Source: Candidatus Bathyarchaeota archaeon (GTDB lineage: Archaea; Thermoproteota; Bathyarchaeia; Bathyarchaeales; Bathycorpusculaceae). Taken from it: a stretch of DNA of 64,000 nt. How positions within the stretch are numbered: the stretch's first letter is position 1; the number at the start of each line of letters is the position of its first letter. A program made the translations under genes and the position numbers. The stretch covers positions 1 to 64,000 of the forward strand of contig CAVYHV010000009.1 in NCBI GenBank assembly GCA_963768425.1, written 5' to 3'. Below the pieces are notes generated by a model. It was not told where the DNA came from. It saw only the letters and a list, made by a program, of their open reading frames with translations, and searched no databases. Positions 1 through 11,266 of this stretch are shown here, piece after piece.

Positions 1-11
1 TGTAGGGATTG

Positions 12-677
12 TTAAGGATTGTTCTCTGGAATATTTTCCGTTGAAGTTCCTCTTCGTGATTGGATGATTGCGTCGTATTCGGCAAGGATTTCGAATGTTT
101 CTTTGATGTCAGTTGTGGGGTTGGTAACATTTTGCTGAATCAGGACCGCAGGTTGAATTTGTTTTGGTAACTGACCTAAACTCTGTTTAAGCTCAACTTC
201 AGCTTTGATAGAATCAATAAATTTGCCAATAGCACCTACACGTGCATTGGGAGACTTGCATGTTTTCATCATGTACAAGGCTTCTTCACGAGCAAGCTGC
301 AACAAATTAAGCTGTTTCTTTCCGTCTTCATGAGCCTGCTGTGCTTCCCAAATAAAGGGCTCCCAAATTTCGCGTTTCGCTAAATCGTTAAGTAGTGCTT
401 TCACAGTGCATTCAAATTCTTCTGCAATCTGCTCAAGACTGGTATGATTCACACGATCGCTATAATGTGCTATTAACATTGTTTTGCGTCGACGAAAAAG
501 CTGCAGATTCATTCGAACGATGGGTTCCTTTGGGTGTTTATCCCTCGCGCCGTACTGATTTGCCGTTTTCAGGGTTTTTTCAGCAGACTCTAAGTTTGTT
601 TCTGAGTTAAGTTTTTCAAGATTTACGGCATGTTCGCTTTCTTGTTCAGTTGGAGTCGACATAGCTTCACTCTGCAT
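12..677 (-). CDS. HTH-containing protein, possible terminase small subunit
   Basis: HTH-like SLEQIAEEFECTVKALLNDL followed by helical region; position downstream of ParB/ABC-GNAT module as in head-tail virus packaging regions (inference). Confidence 0.4.
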   Translation of the reverse strand: MQSEAMSTPTEQESEHAVNLEKLNSETNLESAEKTLKTANQYGARDKHPKEPIVRMNLQLFRRRKTMLIAHYSDRVNHTSLEQIAEEFECTVKALLNDLAKREIWEPFIWEAQQAHEDGKKQLNLLQLAREEALYMMKTCKSPNARVGAIGKFIDSIKAEVELKQSLGQLPKQIQPAVLIQQNVTNPTTDIKETFEILAEYDAIIQSRRGTSTENIPENNP

Positions 678-678
678 T

Positions 679-843
679 TTAGCTTTCTTGGCTGTGGCTC
701 TGAATAATAATTTCCATTGTGCGGATTCTATTCTCGATTGCAGCGTCTATGTCTTCCAGCAGAATTGTTTGCATCCACTCAGGCATCGCGATAACTCTGG
801 CGAAGGCTTTCTTTATTTTTTCAATAAATTCTTCTGGTTCCAT
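679..843 (-). CDS. Small hypothetical protein (54 aa)
   Basis: GAGGT RBS before ATG at 843 (MEPEEFIEKIKK); tightly packed between neighbours. Confidence 0.55.
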   Translation of the reverse strand: MEPEEFIEKIKKAFARVIAMPEWMQTILLEDIDAAIENRIRTMEIIIQSHSQES

Positions 844-869
844 TTTTTTAACCTCAGTTACTGAAAAGT

Positions 870-1949
870 TTATCTCAGGTTTTTTGCTGGAACATACTTT
901 AAGGAGACTGTTAAACGGCATCTACTGTTCGAATGAACCAGTTCTCGATTTATCCGGGTGTCTCCTTTTCCGTGGCTGCCATGTCCAACACGTTTGATTA
1001 TCCAGTTACCCAAGTTTCCCCTCACAAGCTGAGGATTGCTTGTAACCAAATAAAACGGCAAACTACTCTGAGACAAATAAAGTTCAGCCATGAAATTCAA
1101 CAGACGTTTTCCAATGCCTATGCCCTGATAATCGGGCAAGACTACAAGACGGCTAACGCGATAATAGTTTGCCAACATATGCACATGTGCGATTGCAATA
1201 AAGGCGACAGGTTTCTGCTGATAAAGTGCAACGTAGCATTTGACGCCTGCGCCAAGGGTCCCGTTTAGATAGTGATATGGCCTAAAGATCTGCCACACGG
1301 AATTGCTGCATTTATGAACTGAGAGCTCAATTGCTGGGTGGCTAACTTTTTTTTTATAAACTCCATGGAGTCGGTGCAGAAAACCCAATCAGGCTCTAAC
1401 CAATCAATAACGTCATAGTGGCATGTAACAGCTATGAACTTCTTGTTTGTTCTTCGAACTGCTTTGCTTATGGCGTAAGCGCTGACTTTCGCGATCTCTC
1501 GGTCAACAACGCTTGTGAACTCGTCAAAGACAATAAGGTCCTGATCTAAGCTCAGCGCCCTTGCAATGTCTACACGCATTTTCTCGCCTTGGCTGAGTGC
1601 TTCATAGTTTTTGAGCCAGTCGGGAGGAGATGCAAAACCCACACTGCAGAGGTTTTTGGTTATGTCGTTTACCTGCAGGCTTGCTGGAAAATCATCTAAT
1701 ATCGATTCATGGATGGTAGTCGAAGCCTTTGATGTAGCTCTCAGGGAAAAGGGTTTTGGCGATGCTGGTTTTGCCTGTCCCGCTTCGACCAACTATGACG
1801 CCGATTTGCCAGGATTCATTTTCGATTGGCAGCTCCCCGGCAAAATGTTTCTCCATTTTGCAATCTGTTAGTGTAAAGCTTCCGATCACCGATTGAGCGC
1901 GGAAACTCTCAGGTTTAGTCCAGGTTTTTACAAACTCAAAACGCGGCAT
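870..1949 (-). CDS. ABC-type ATPase plus GNAT acetyltransferase (three ORF pieces, two frameshifts)
   Basis: Walker A GRSGTGKT, signature LSQGE, Walker B IVFDEF, H-loop VTCH; GNAT motif RLVVLPDYQGIGIG; frame changes at ~1715 and at an A9 run (1347-1355). Confidence 0.8.
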
Positions 1950-2468
1950 TTGTAACCTTCACCAATTAGTTTGTTGTAGATTGCTTCTTGTTGGGTCTCG
2001 TCTTCGCATTCGATTACTACTTCAAAGGATTCATCGAAGTTGACGCTTTTTTCTTCTTGACCCAAAGCGTTAGTTAGTTTGTCATCTGAGAGCATTAGCA
2101 GGTATTTGAGGTCGTCTTCTTTTCCAGCTTCTATGATGCGTTCGTACTCTGCCTGGTCAAGCTCTTTTTGGTGTTCTCCTTTGAGCTTGTTTAGAACTTG
2201 CCTTAGCAGCCGACGATCCACATCTTCGACAGGCAATCGGATAACGGAAACTTCAGTCATGCCCAAAGCTTTTGCAGCTGTATAGCGCTGTTCGCCATCA
2301 GCGATTAAGAGGTCCTTGTTAGTAATGATGGGAATGATAAAGCCCCATTTTTTGATAGAGGCCTTAAGCCGCTCGAGCTGTTCTTTGCTCATCTTGTTTG
2401 GGTTTTGCCCATCAGTCTTAATATCGCTGACTTTTACGGTTTCAGCAGGCTGGAATATTAATCGACAT
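1928..2468 (-). CDS. ParB/Srx-like N-terminal domain protein (frameshift near start)
   Basis: DGQNPNKM...LKASIKKWGFIIPII...IADGEQRY; ATG at 2468 overlaps upstream stop and needs one frameshift to join ORF 1928-2392. Confidence 0.8.
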
Positions 2469-2743
2469 TACTTCACCACAAATTTTTCAATCAAGATTAC
2501 GGCAAGGCTAACTAATCCAATGAGACTGGCGCTGCCTAAAGCGATTAGAATTTTCTGTGTTACTTCAAGCTGGTGAACTTTAGCTACCAAGCCAGATTGT
2601 AGGTCCTCTCCAACAAGGGCATTTTCTATCCGGTTTACCTGAGAAGTATTTTGATGGATTGCGGTAATATATGGACAAACTGGGTTTTTGTTAGCATCTG
2701 GACAGACCTCGCCAGCTTCTGTGTTCTCTTCAATTTTTTCCAT
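2468..2743 (-). CDS. Small membrane protein with C-terminal TM helix
   Basis: Coiled-coil-like segment followed by hydrophobic ILIALGSASLIGLVSLAVILI. Confidence 0.6.
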   Translation of the reverse strand: MEKIEENTEAGEVCPDANKNPVCPYITAIHQNTSQVNRIENALVGEDLQSGLVAKVHQLEVTQKILIALGSASLIGLVSLAVILIEKFVVK

Positions 2744-2763
2744 TATTGTTGCCTCAGCGCAGA

Positions 2764-3027
2764 TTACATTTCTATTAATTGGAAAGCGCCTTCGCCGCTC
2801 GGATTACTAATAACTAGTCCAGGCTCCACTCTAGGTACTGCTTCGGCTACGGGCTGCCCAAAAGTTAAAGCTAAATGATAAGTAATGTCATCAACTGTAT
2901 CTAAACAAACAGACTCTCCTTTGACCCTATCAAAGAAAGCATTATCTCGAACAAACTGACGAGAATCTTTTTGTTGAATCCTAAATTCTTGAGATTTAGG
3001 GCTTCGTCTACCGCGTTTATGATTCAT
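2764..3027 (-). CDS. Hypothetical protein
   Basis: GGGAGTG RBS before ATG at 3027; co-oriented with element genes. Confidence 0.5.
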   Translation of the reverse strand: MNHKRGRRSPKSQEFRIQQKDSRQFVRDNAFFDRVKGESVCLDTVDDITYHLALTFGQPVAEAVPRVEPGLVISNPSGEGAFQLIEM

Positions 3028-3168
3028 ACTAACAAGCCGCACTCCCAACTTTTGGGTGAAGGGGGCGAAAACTGAAAACAGCATTGGAGCTAGCGCTCGC
3101 CCAAATATCGAGCGCAGTAGATATAGCATCTTTCTTAAAAAACTATCTATGTTTACTTGTAGACCAAT

Positions 3169-5981
3169 TTACCGTTTAGCTCCTTGGGGGGGGGGCAAAC
3201 GTATGATGAAAGTTGTTCCTTTGCCTTCTTGGCTCTCAAAAGTTACTGTGCCGCCTAACGATTCAGTCATGCGCTTAACAACTGGCAAACCAAAGCCTTG
3301 CCCTTTAGATTTAGTCGTAAACATTGGCGTAAACAATTTGCCCTTAACCGCTTCAGGAATGCCAACACCTGTATCCTTGACAGCTATGATGACATCTTTT
3401 GCTTCTTTGTAGGCCTGTATGGTTAGTTTTCCGCCTTTCGGCATCGCTTGAACAGCGTTAGTAACCAAATTGTACATGATGCGATTTATGTAAGTCGGAG
3501 TCAGCCACAACTTTTCTTGCGTCAGGGTCCACTTTAACGGTTACTTTAACGTTCTCTGGCAAAACATTCTTTTCCAATAATTCATCAATTATGAGTTTTA
3601 AGTCGGTTTCTTCTGCATTAGGTTTAAGCGGTCTGGCAAAGTCTTGCAGGTCTTGAACAATCTTGTTGATATAATCAACGTTCTTTTCGATTTCTGATCA
3701 AACTTTCTTGAATGCGCTTTTTTTTCTTCACTTTCAGGCAATTGCCATCCAATTCTGTTTTAGCCAAATAAACATCGCCAGTTATCGCCTGCAGACGGAT
3801 TGCGAATGTCATGACCAACCATGCCTGCAGTTGCGCCAATAGCGGCTAAACGCTCAGCATCCTTCAACTGGGCAGCTCTTTTTTCCGCAAGATCCTCCAT
3901 TTGATTAGCGTATTCTTCAACCCGAACAGCTGACTCCTCAAGCTTAGTCTGCAGCTCAATCCGTTCAGTAATATCCACATTAGACTCCAACATCTCAACT
4001 ATTTTGCCGTCCGCACCAAATTTCCCCAACCAAAAACTCTGCTCTGCCACTTTATCTCCATCTTTGCAAATGTGAACGATTTCTCCTGACCATTTTCCAT
4101 CCAGTTTAAGCTTGTTTAGAATATCTTCAAGATGTTGTGGGAATTCCGTCTTTAACAGTGCATTGATATCTTGTCCAATAGCTTCGTCTTTTGTCCAACC
4201 GTATAGTTTCTCCGCACCCTTACTCCAGAAAGTAATAGTACCATTAAGCTTCTGACAATAATAGCATCGTAAGATCAGCTCAGCCTGCCTTCTACAGCTT
4301 CCTCTAGCTTTCTTACGGTCGGTAATATCACGACGACCGACACTGAACCAATAATAGTACCACTATCATTTCTAACGGTGCGGAATTGACAATCGAGTCC
4401 TCAACTCCCCGCTCTCAGGAGTTCTAATGGTTTCCTCTTGATTTTTCACGATTTCTCCTCTAAGCGCTACGAAGAGGCGGAGCTTCTCCAACAGGTCTGG
4501 GGCTCCCATCAGAACGGTACACTTCCAATGTTTCGGCCAAGTTTTCAATATCTGCTATTTGTAGAGGAATCTAACTTGAAGTCTTTAACTGCTGATGGAT
4601 TAGCCAAAGTAAACTTTTTCTCAGTATCAGCAAACCAAACCTCATCAGTGATACTGTTTAGCAGCGATGACAACCTGTCTCTCTCTTCTTGAACCACTAC
4701 TTTTTGTTGCTGTAATGCCTCTTCAGCTTTCTTGCGTTCAGTAATCTTTAGTGCGTAAACGCGTATGCGTTGAGCGTTTGGTACGTTGCTGTAATTCTGC
4801 AAGTACCAGTCATCGCCAATTTTTACTTCACAAGCAAAGATGTTTGCAGTTTTCTCAGTGAATGCTTTAGTCACACTTTTCCAGCTGGCAAAGAAAGGAT
4901 GATTTAAACCCAAGGTTTCGAGGTCAGCAAACATGGCTTTTGCTGCAGGATTAATATATTCGATTTTACCGTCAAAATCCATTTCAACGATGGGGTTAGG
5001 ATTAAGTGTTGGAAATGAAGCTAATCTTGTAATTTCCTCTTCAGCTTTTTTACGTTCTGTGATGTCTCTGAATATTAATACAACGCCTGTGGTTTTGCCG
5101 TCTTTGTCTTTTATAGGTGCTCCACTGTCATCTATGGGAACTTCCGAGCCGTCTTTTCGAATCAAAACTGTGTGATTAGCCAAACCAACAACCATGCCTT
5201 CTTTGAGAACTCTTTCAATTGGATTTTCAACTTCTAAACGAGTCTGCTCGTTAACAATGTTGAATACTGTCTTTACAGGCTTCTCTGAAACATCGCTCAG
5301 TGTCCAACCAGTCAGTTCTTCAGCTTCGCTATTCATGAAAGTAATATTACCCGAAGTATCAGTGGCTATGACGGCATCGCCGATGCTTGCCAAAGTAGTT
5401 GCCCAACGCTGCTCACTTTCCGACAACGCAATCTGAGCTAACTCTAACTTTCGAGTGTAACGTTTTATTTCTTCATCCATATGTTCAGATAAATCAGTGA
5501 CTACAAGGAAAGTGTTTTTTATGGTATCTGATTGCAGAGAATTAATTGATATAAGTGTTGGAACTAAGATATCTTTTCCTTGGAGGGTTATCTCCTTTGT
5601 TACGGCACCTTTGCGTGTTCGACCTAAAGTCAATAATTCTTCAAAGGCTTTGATGTAGGTTGGGCAAATCATTGTTTCTATTTTGACGCCTACCATTTTT
5701 TCCATGGGAACCTTCAACATTTTTGCAAACCCAATGTTGGAATACAACACTGTGTTGTCGTCGGAGAGCATAACTGCACCTTCGCGCATGTCCTCTATAA
5801 GAGCGCGGTAAGGCTTCTCCGCGCCAGTAATGGTGTAAACCTCTTCGCCCTTTGGGGTAGAAATGACTAAGCCATCGACTTCGCCACGCTTAATCGCATT
5901 TAGAGTTTCTTGTGCTTCCTCCAGCTGGGTACGTAACTCTTGAACTTCAGCTAACCACTCTTCATCAGTTTTTTTCTGCAT
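3169..5981 (-). CDS. Multi-PAS sensor histidine kinase (several frameshifts)
   Basis: Repeated PAS/PAC (SIGDAVIATD...FRDITERK), H-box MVGHDIRNP, HATPase NLVTNAVQAM, DTGVGI, FTTKSKGQGFGL. Confidence 0.85.
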
Positions 5982-5997
5982 CGAAAAACCATTCTGC

Positions 5998-6354
5998 TTA
6001 TTTCTTAGTGTCTTGCTTTGGAAGCACATTTAAGCCAATAAGAATCTTTTCTTTATCTGACATGTCACCGATGAATTTTCTTAAAGGCAATGGCAACTTT
6101 TTGATAAGTGTAGGTGCAGCAAGGATTTGTTCACTCTTGGCATACTCTGGTTGTTGATAGATGTCAATGACTTCAAGTTCGTATCTGCCTTGAAGGTTTT
6201 CTTCGCAAATCTTTCTGATGTTCTCTATTGCTTTAATTGACCTAGGAGTCATGCCGGTGACGTATAATCTCAGAACATATTTTTCTTTGCCTTTGGAACT
6301 TTGCGAGGACTTCTCGAATTCTTCCGGCGTCTCTGTTTCGTTGGCTTTTTTCAT
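5998..6354 (-). CDS. kaiB: Circadian clock KaiB family protein
   Basis: LRLYVTGMTPRS...ILAAPTLIKKLPLPLRKFIGDMS. Confidence 0.92.
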   Translation of the reverse strand: MKKANETETPEEFEKSSQSSKGKEKYVLRLYVTGMTPRSIKAIENIRKICEENLQGRYELEVIDIYQQPEYAKSEQILAAPTLIKKLPLPLRKFIGDMSDKEKILIGLNVLPKQDTKK

Positions 6355-6389
6355 AAAACTTCCTCTTTTCAGTCATCACTAAAGAATAT

Positions 6390-6722
6390 TTAACTTGATT
6401 GTTTAGTGCGAATATCAAGACCAACAATCACGCGTTCTGTATTTGAAAGGTCACCTATTATTTTTCTAATTGGCTCAGGAAGCTTTCGCACCAATGTTGG
6501 AATAGCTAATATTTGGTCCCCTGCGGCTAATTGAGGATTCTTGAGTAAGTCAACAATCTCAATTGTATATTTTCCTTTGAGGTGTTCTTCTGCGATTTTT
6601 TTCAAATTAGCTAACGCTTTCATAGAATTTGGGGTTTGACCAGCAACATACAGCCGCAGCTCCCAAGTCTCTGATTGTTCTGGTGTTTGCTTTGCAATTT
6701 TATTTTTTTCACTCATTAACAT
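6390..6722 (-). CDS. kaiB: Circadian clock KaiB family protein
   Basis: [12 protein letters not shown]...[23 protein letters not shown]. Confidence 0.93.
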   Translation of the reverse strand: MLMSEKNKIAKQTPEQSETWELRLYVAGQTPNSMKALANLKKIAEEHLKGKYTIEIVDLLKNPQLAAGDQILAIPTLVRKLPEPIRKIIGDLSNTERVIVGLDIRTKQSS

Positions 6723-6748
6723 TCATCTTCCAAATCAGTATTGTTAAA

Positions 6749-8432
6749 TTATTTGTTGTCTGCTTTGCGTATGCGGCTCATTTCTTTTCTGTTTTCTTCA
6801 ACTGCTTTTTCTCGGCGCTTTTCCTGATTGACAAGTTGTTTAATCTCTTCTTCCTTGGCTGCGTATTCGGTCTGTAAAGCGGTAATCTGTGCGTCCATTA
6901 GTTTGCGTTTGCGTTCAAGGTCTCGCTGAAGCTTTTCGATTTCTTCTTTGCGTGCATCTTCTGCGGCTTCATCTTTTATTTCTTGAGAAAGCCTTGCCGA
7001 GCCAGTAAGTACTCCTGCGGGTCCAGTGTAAACATCCACAATGTCGACACCTTTACTCGTTATAAGGAACTCACGTATCTGGTTGGAGTGCGCCATGCCT
7101 CTTGATTTGAGTATGTAGATTCCTCTGTTACGTTCTCCACCCAGTTCAATGTCCCTGAGCAGTATCCATGTATCCATGATGGATGAGACCTCAGATTCAG
7201 TTGATTCCAAACCAGACATATGAGTGAGGTTTGTAAACAATGTTGTAATTTGCTTAGCTTTCAAGTAGTCAATTAATCGAGTAAGCATTGATTTTACTTC
7301 ATTTTGCTCTCCCGCGTTGATAAGATTAGTAATTGGGTCAACTATCACAGAGGTTGGTTTGAATTCATCGATTAGTTTTTGCATTTGCACCAGATGTGTT
7401 TCTAACCCATAAAATGTTGAGCGGACTGCATGGAATTTTAACAATCCTTGTTTGACGTATGGTTCAAGGTCAAGACCTATGGATTTCATGTTTCGCATTA
7501 TTTGGTTTGGGGACTCTTCAAACGCAAAGTAAAGGCATCGCTCGCCTCTTTGGCAGGTTGCATATGCAAAGCTGGCGGATATGCTGGATTTTCCTGTTCC
7601 GGCTGTGCCTGAAATTAATATGGTGCTGCCTTTGTAGAAGCCTTTACCTTCAAGCATTGCGTCTAATCTGGAAATGCCGCTTGAGATGCGGTCTTTAGAA
7701 ATTTGGTAATTTAGCGTCAGTGAAGTGATTGGCAAGATTGAAATGCCCTGTTCATCAATCAAAAACGGATATTCATTGGTGCCGTGCACTGAGCCACGGT
7801 ATTTGACGACTCGTATTCGCCTTGTAGAAATTTGATTTTGTACTCTGTGATCAAGAACAATAACGCAGTCAGAAACATACTCTTCCAACCCGTACCGGGT
7901 AAGAGTGGCTTCGCCCCGCTCAGCAGTAATAATTGCTGTTACGCCTTTGTCTTTTAGCCAGCGGAACAATCTGCGAAGTTCAGCACGCAAAATAGCTTCA
8001 TTACCTAACCCAGCGAATAAAGATTCAATCGTGTCTAAGAACTACTCGTTTAGCGCCAATGCTATCAATCGCGTAGTTAAGGCGAACAAACAAACCTTCA
8101 AGATCATATTCGCCTGTCTCTTCAATTTCACTGCGTTCAACACGAACATAATCAACAAAAATCTTTTTTTCGCGATTAAGCTCCTTTAAATCAAAACCCA
8201 AAGAAGCAACGTTTTGAGCAAGTTCTTCAGCGGTTTCTTCAAACGCCATAAAAACGCCAGGTTCATTATAATCGATTGCTCCGCGAACAAGAAACTCCAT
8301 AGACATCAGTGTCTTGCCGCTTCCCGGACCGCCAGCGATTAGGGTTGGGCGTCCTTTGGGCAATCCACCAAAAGTTATCTCGTCTAATCCACGGATTCCA
8401 GATGGAGTTTTTGCAAAAGCCTGTTCAGGCAA
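6749..8432 (-). CDS. kaiC: Double-domain KaiC with C-terminal coiled coil (frameshift ~8030)
   Basis: Two P-loops GGPGSGKT and GTAGTGKS, FEE motifs, KYRGS and KSRGM, phosphosite region VSSIMDTWILL, charged helical tail. Confidence 0.93.
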
Positions 8433-8556
8433 ACCTCAAGTTTTCGCTTGCTTGACATATAAAATTACTCAATTAGAACGTACTTAAAACTTTCTCCAAA
8501 TACAGGAAATAAGGATTTACTGAACCGAATCGATATTATAATTTCAAAAAATGTCT

Positions 8557-9177
8557 TCAGTCTTTTTCAGTTTTGCTCCACGCTTCGATTGCAAAAAATG
8601 TAAGAGCCCAGTGCCATCCTCTCTGCTCTGCAATTTGTTCGCCAAATTCCTTCTCTAAGCGTTTATTCATTCTCAAGATTCTGCGACTTACCTGATGACG
8701 CGTAACTTTGAATCGTTCAAGTTTAACTGCTAAATCCTTCGGTAACAAGCCAGGTGATCCTGCTTCAAAGAGTAAACGCAGAATTTCTCTGTCAATCTCG
8801 TCTTCGCAAGCAATACGTTCAATGAGTGATTGCTCAAAATTGAAAGAATCCTTTAAGCCTGCAAAGATTGTGCGTAGCATAAGCTTAACTTCTTCTACCT
8901 CTGCTAAGGTCTGTTTGAGGAGTTGCTGATTATACTTCAAACGACCTATTTTATCGCTTTGGCTGCGCTTCTTTTTGTGTGTTTTGAACAGGTTTTTCAG
9001 TGGTTTCCATATCAGAATGCACACTCCAAGATTTCTTGCTCCATCAACACATGGCAAAATTGACAGTGGGTAATCAGGACCAACCAATGACAGAAAAGTG
9101 ACTTGTGAAAAGCATGGACTTTTCCCATGCCTTAGGGTATGCGCAAAAATTGCTTTTGAACAACTTTTAACAGACAT
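8557..9177 (-). CDS. Winged-HTH-like protein of the element (true start probably ATG 9010 with a frameshift)
   Basis: DREILRLLFEAGSPGLLPKDLAVKLERFKVTRHQVSRRI is HTH-like. Confidence 0.55.
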   Translation of the reverse strand: MSVKSCSKAIFAHTLRHGKSPCFSQVTFLSLVGPDYPLSILPCVDGARNLGVCILIWKPLKNLFKTHKKKRSQSDKIGRLKYNQQLLKQTLAEVEEVKLMLRTIFAGLKDSFNFEQSLIERIACEDEIDREILRLLFEAGSPGLLPKDLAVKLERFKVTRHQVSRRILRMNKRLEKEFGEQIAEQRGWHWALTFFAIEAWSKTEKD

Positions 9178-9370
9178 TAAACACCGCTCCCATCTAAATC
9201 AGCCAGATAACTGTTGATTGCAGAATAGCGTTTCATGCTCCAGGTGTCATTTAGTGAAGCTGCCTTTATGATGCGCTTGCAGGCTTTTCCTCTAAGAGAG
9301 CTAATTTCTTGCTTTAACGCTAAGTTAAGCAATGTATTCTTTGCCTCCAGGACCTGTCGGTAACTCTTGA

Positions 9371-10275
9371 TTAGTTTGAAAATCTGTAAGCTTGCCCAGA
9401 TGCTTCGGCAACCTTGGCTAGACTGTAACCCATTTTTTCTAGCTTCTCGAGGCTGCCTGAAATCTTTGCCAAATCAGTTAGAACATTCTCCACTTGAACC
9501 TCCATCTTTTTCACTCGCTCAGGCATCAGCAAATACTCAACTGCTGCATCTCGACCTACATGATCAAGCTCGCCCTCATCTTCTCCTGGACTATCATCTA
9601 TAACTCGTTTTGGAGTGCTCACCGTAAAATAGCGATTCAGTAGATTTGCAACTGGATCATCAACGCCGAGTTCATGGCGCTTGTTAATTTGGCCATCACC
9701 TAAAACGCAACCGTACTTGCTCATCAAACCTTTAGCGACCCGGTCAGCCAAGATTCTTAGCCAAAGTCACAAGCTCCCCTGGACTCCGACCATACAAGCG
9801 TTTCGACATGAACAATCCAAGAAGTCGTAGTATGACGCACCTTCACACCCTGCTCCAAGCCCAAAAGGGCAGTCCAATTCACCATCTCAATTCTCCGAAA
9901 ATCGGCAGCCGGATAAACCCCCTCCCGCAAAACAGGAAACTTGAAAAAGCATCGATGCAGTCGAAACACTCCGCTGCTAAACAGCACTCCCTCACATGAT
10001 ATGAGAAAGTTTTGACCTTGCTCAGTCAACTCATAATCTACAAAGTTGCTTCGCTTTAACCTGCGAATTAAGCCTGCTTTCTCCAGCTTTTTCACGTAGT
10101 AGGCTACATGTTGTTTTTTCCATCCACGGGCACGCCCAATCTTGGCAGGATACATCTTAACCTCAATGCCTTTGAGGATAGGTAGAACGCGGGTGCGAAC
10201 GGTACAGAAGTCAAATTTGACTTTTGACTTTGAACGCGAAATATTTTGACTTCTATCTTCAAGTTTACTCTGCAA
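9371..10275 (-). CDS. MarR-like wHTH protein with C-terminal extension (frameshift ~9770)
   Basis: YPAKIGRARGWKKQHVAYYVKKLEKAGLIRR...YELTEQG; continues in ORF 9371-9751. Confidence 0.6.
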
Positions 10276-10288
10276 AAAAATAGCTCCG

Positions 10289-10612
10289 CTAAATTTGCCC
10301 TTTTTCCTTCAACTTTTCTAATCGAGTCCAGCACTTGCTCCAAACTTTGGAATCAGAATAACAAGCAAAAGTGCAACTGCACCCGTCAATCTGGCACAAT
10401 CGCAATTTAGATATGCACCCCACAAAAGGAATTTCACCAATAAATTCGCAGCTACCGGCAGGTGCAGGAGCACTTAAAACAACGGATGCTTTTGCTGCAG
10501 GTTTAGTACTCTTTCGGCTTCCAAATTGGTAGTCTTTCATCTTGTTGCTGAGAAGAATAATTAAAAAGAGAATGCTCTCCCATGGCAAACACCTAAACTG
10601 AAAACCTCTCAA
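10289..10612 (-). CDS. Hypothetical Cys-rich protein
   Basis: Co-oriented ORF in element, several Cys; start uncertain. Confidence 0.4.
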   Translation of the reverse strand: MRGFQFRCLPWESILFLIILLSNKMKDYQFGSRKSTKPAAKASVVLSAPAPAGSCEFIGEIPFVGCISKLRLCQIDGCSCTFACYSDSKVWSKCWTRLEKLKEKGQI

Positions 10613-10905
10613 TTTTCAGCCAGAAAACAGCAAAGCTCTTCGGACTCAAACTGGTTTCTCCAACACTGCAAATCAAAGTCAAAGCCCTGGCGGCAAAGCA
10701 AATCAATCCTCAAACAACGATTACGGCAACCCACACAAGGATTGATCTTCAAGCCCTTCATGAAGAAGCCCTCCGTTTCAATTTCAAGCAAAGCTCGCTT
10801 GGTGACTTCTTCAAGCTCATGAAAATTAGCATCAAAATTAAGCGCTAAACCAGCAAGGAAAATCCGCATCATAACTGCAGCAGCCTCAATCTGTTTCTGG
10901 TTCAA
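10609..10905 (-). CDS. Hypothetical protein with CxxCxxxC motif
   Basis: GGAGG RBS upstream of TTG; NPCVGCRNRC. Confidence 0.55.
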   Translation of the reverse strand: MNQKQIEAAAVMMRIFLAGLALNFDANFHELEEVTKRALLEIETEGFFMKGLKINPCVGCRNRCLRIDLLCRQGFDFDLQCWRNQFESEELCCFLAEN

Positions 10906-10954
10906 CTAAAAAACCTCCTGGCGGCTTTTACAGAAAAAAGAAAGAGGAAAGGGT

Positions 10955-11145
10955 TTACCACTTGGAAAACAGGTATCCGCAGTCTCGGCATAAGTAGCGT
11001 TGAATATGCCCGTTTTGGAGAGTTGCGTGTGTCCATTTTTCCAGTTTTTCAGGCTTCCGCATTGTGGACAATTTGCTTTTGGTTTTGTTTTTCCTGTTTG
11101 CTGTTTGTCTTGAGGTAATGAATCTACCACACTATGGGCATTCAT
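10955..11145 (-). CDS. IS1 InsA-like zinc-ribbon protein (one frameshift)
   Basis: CPQCGSLKNWKNGH then, in shifted frame, NGHIQRYLCRDCGYLFSKW*. Confidence 0.65.
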
Positions 11146-11266
11146 TTTTGGTCATTTGTATCACTTCCTGCCAAAAGCGATCGAGGAGATATCCCTAAAA
11201 AAGAAAAAGGGGAAAGTAGCCGCGAAGAAACGATTACATGCTGATGTTGAAGGATGAGACCAGGAA

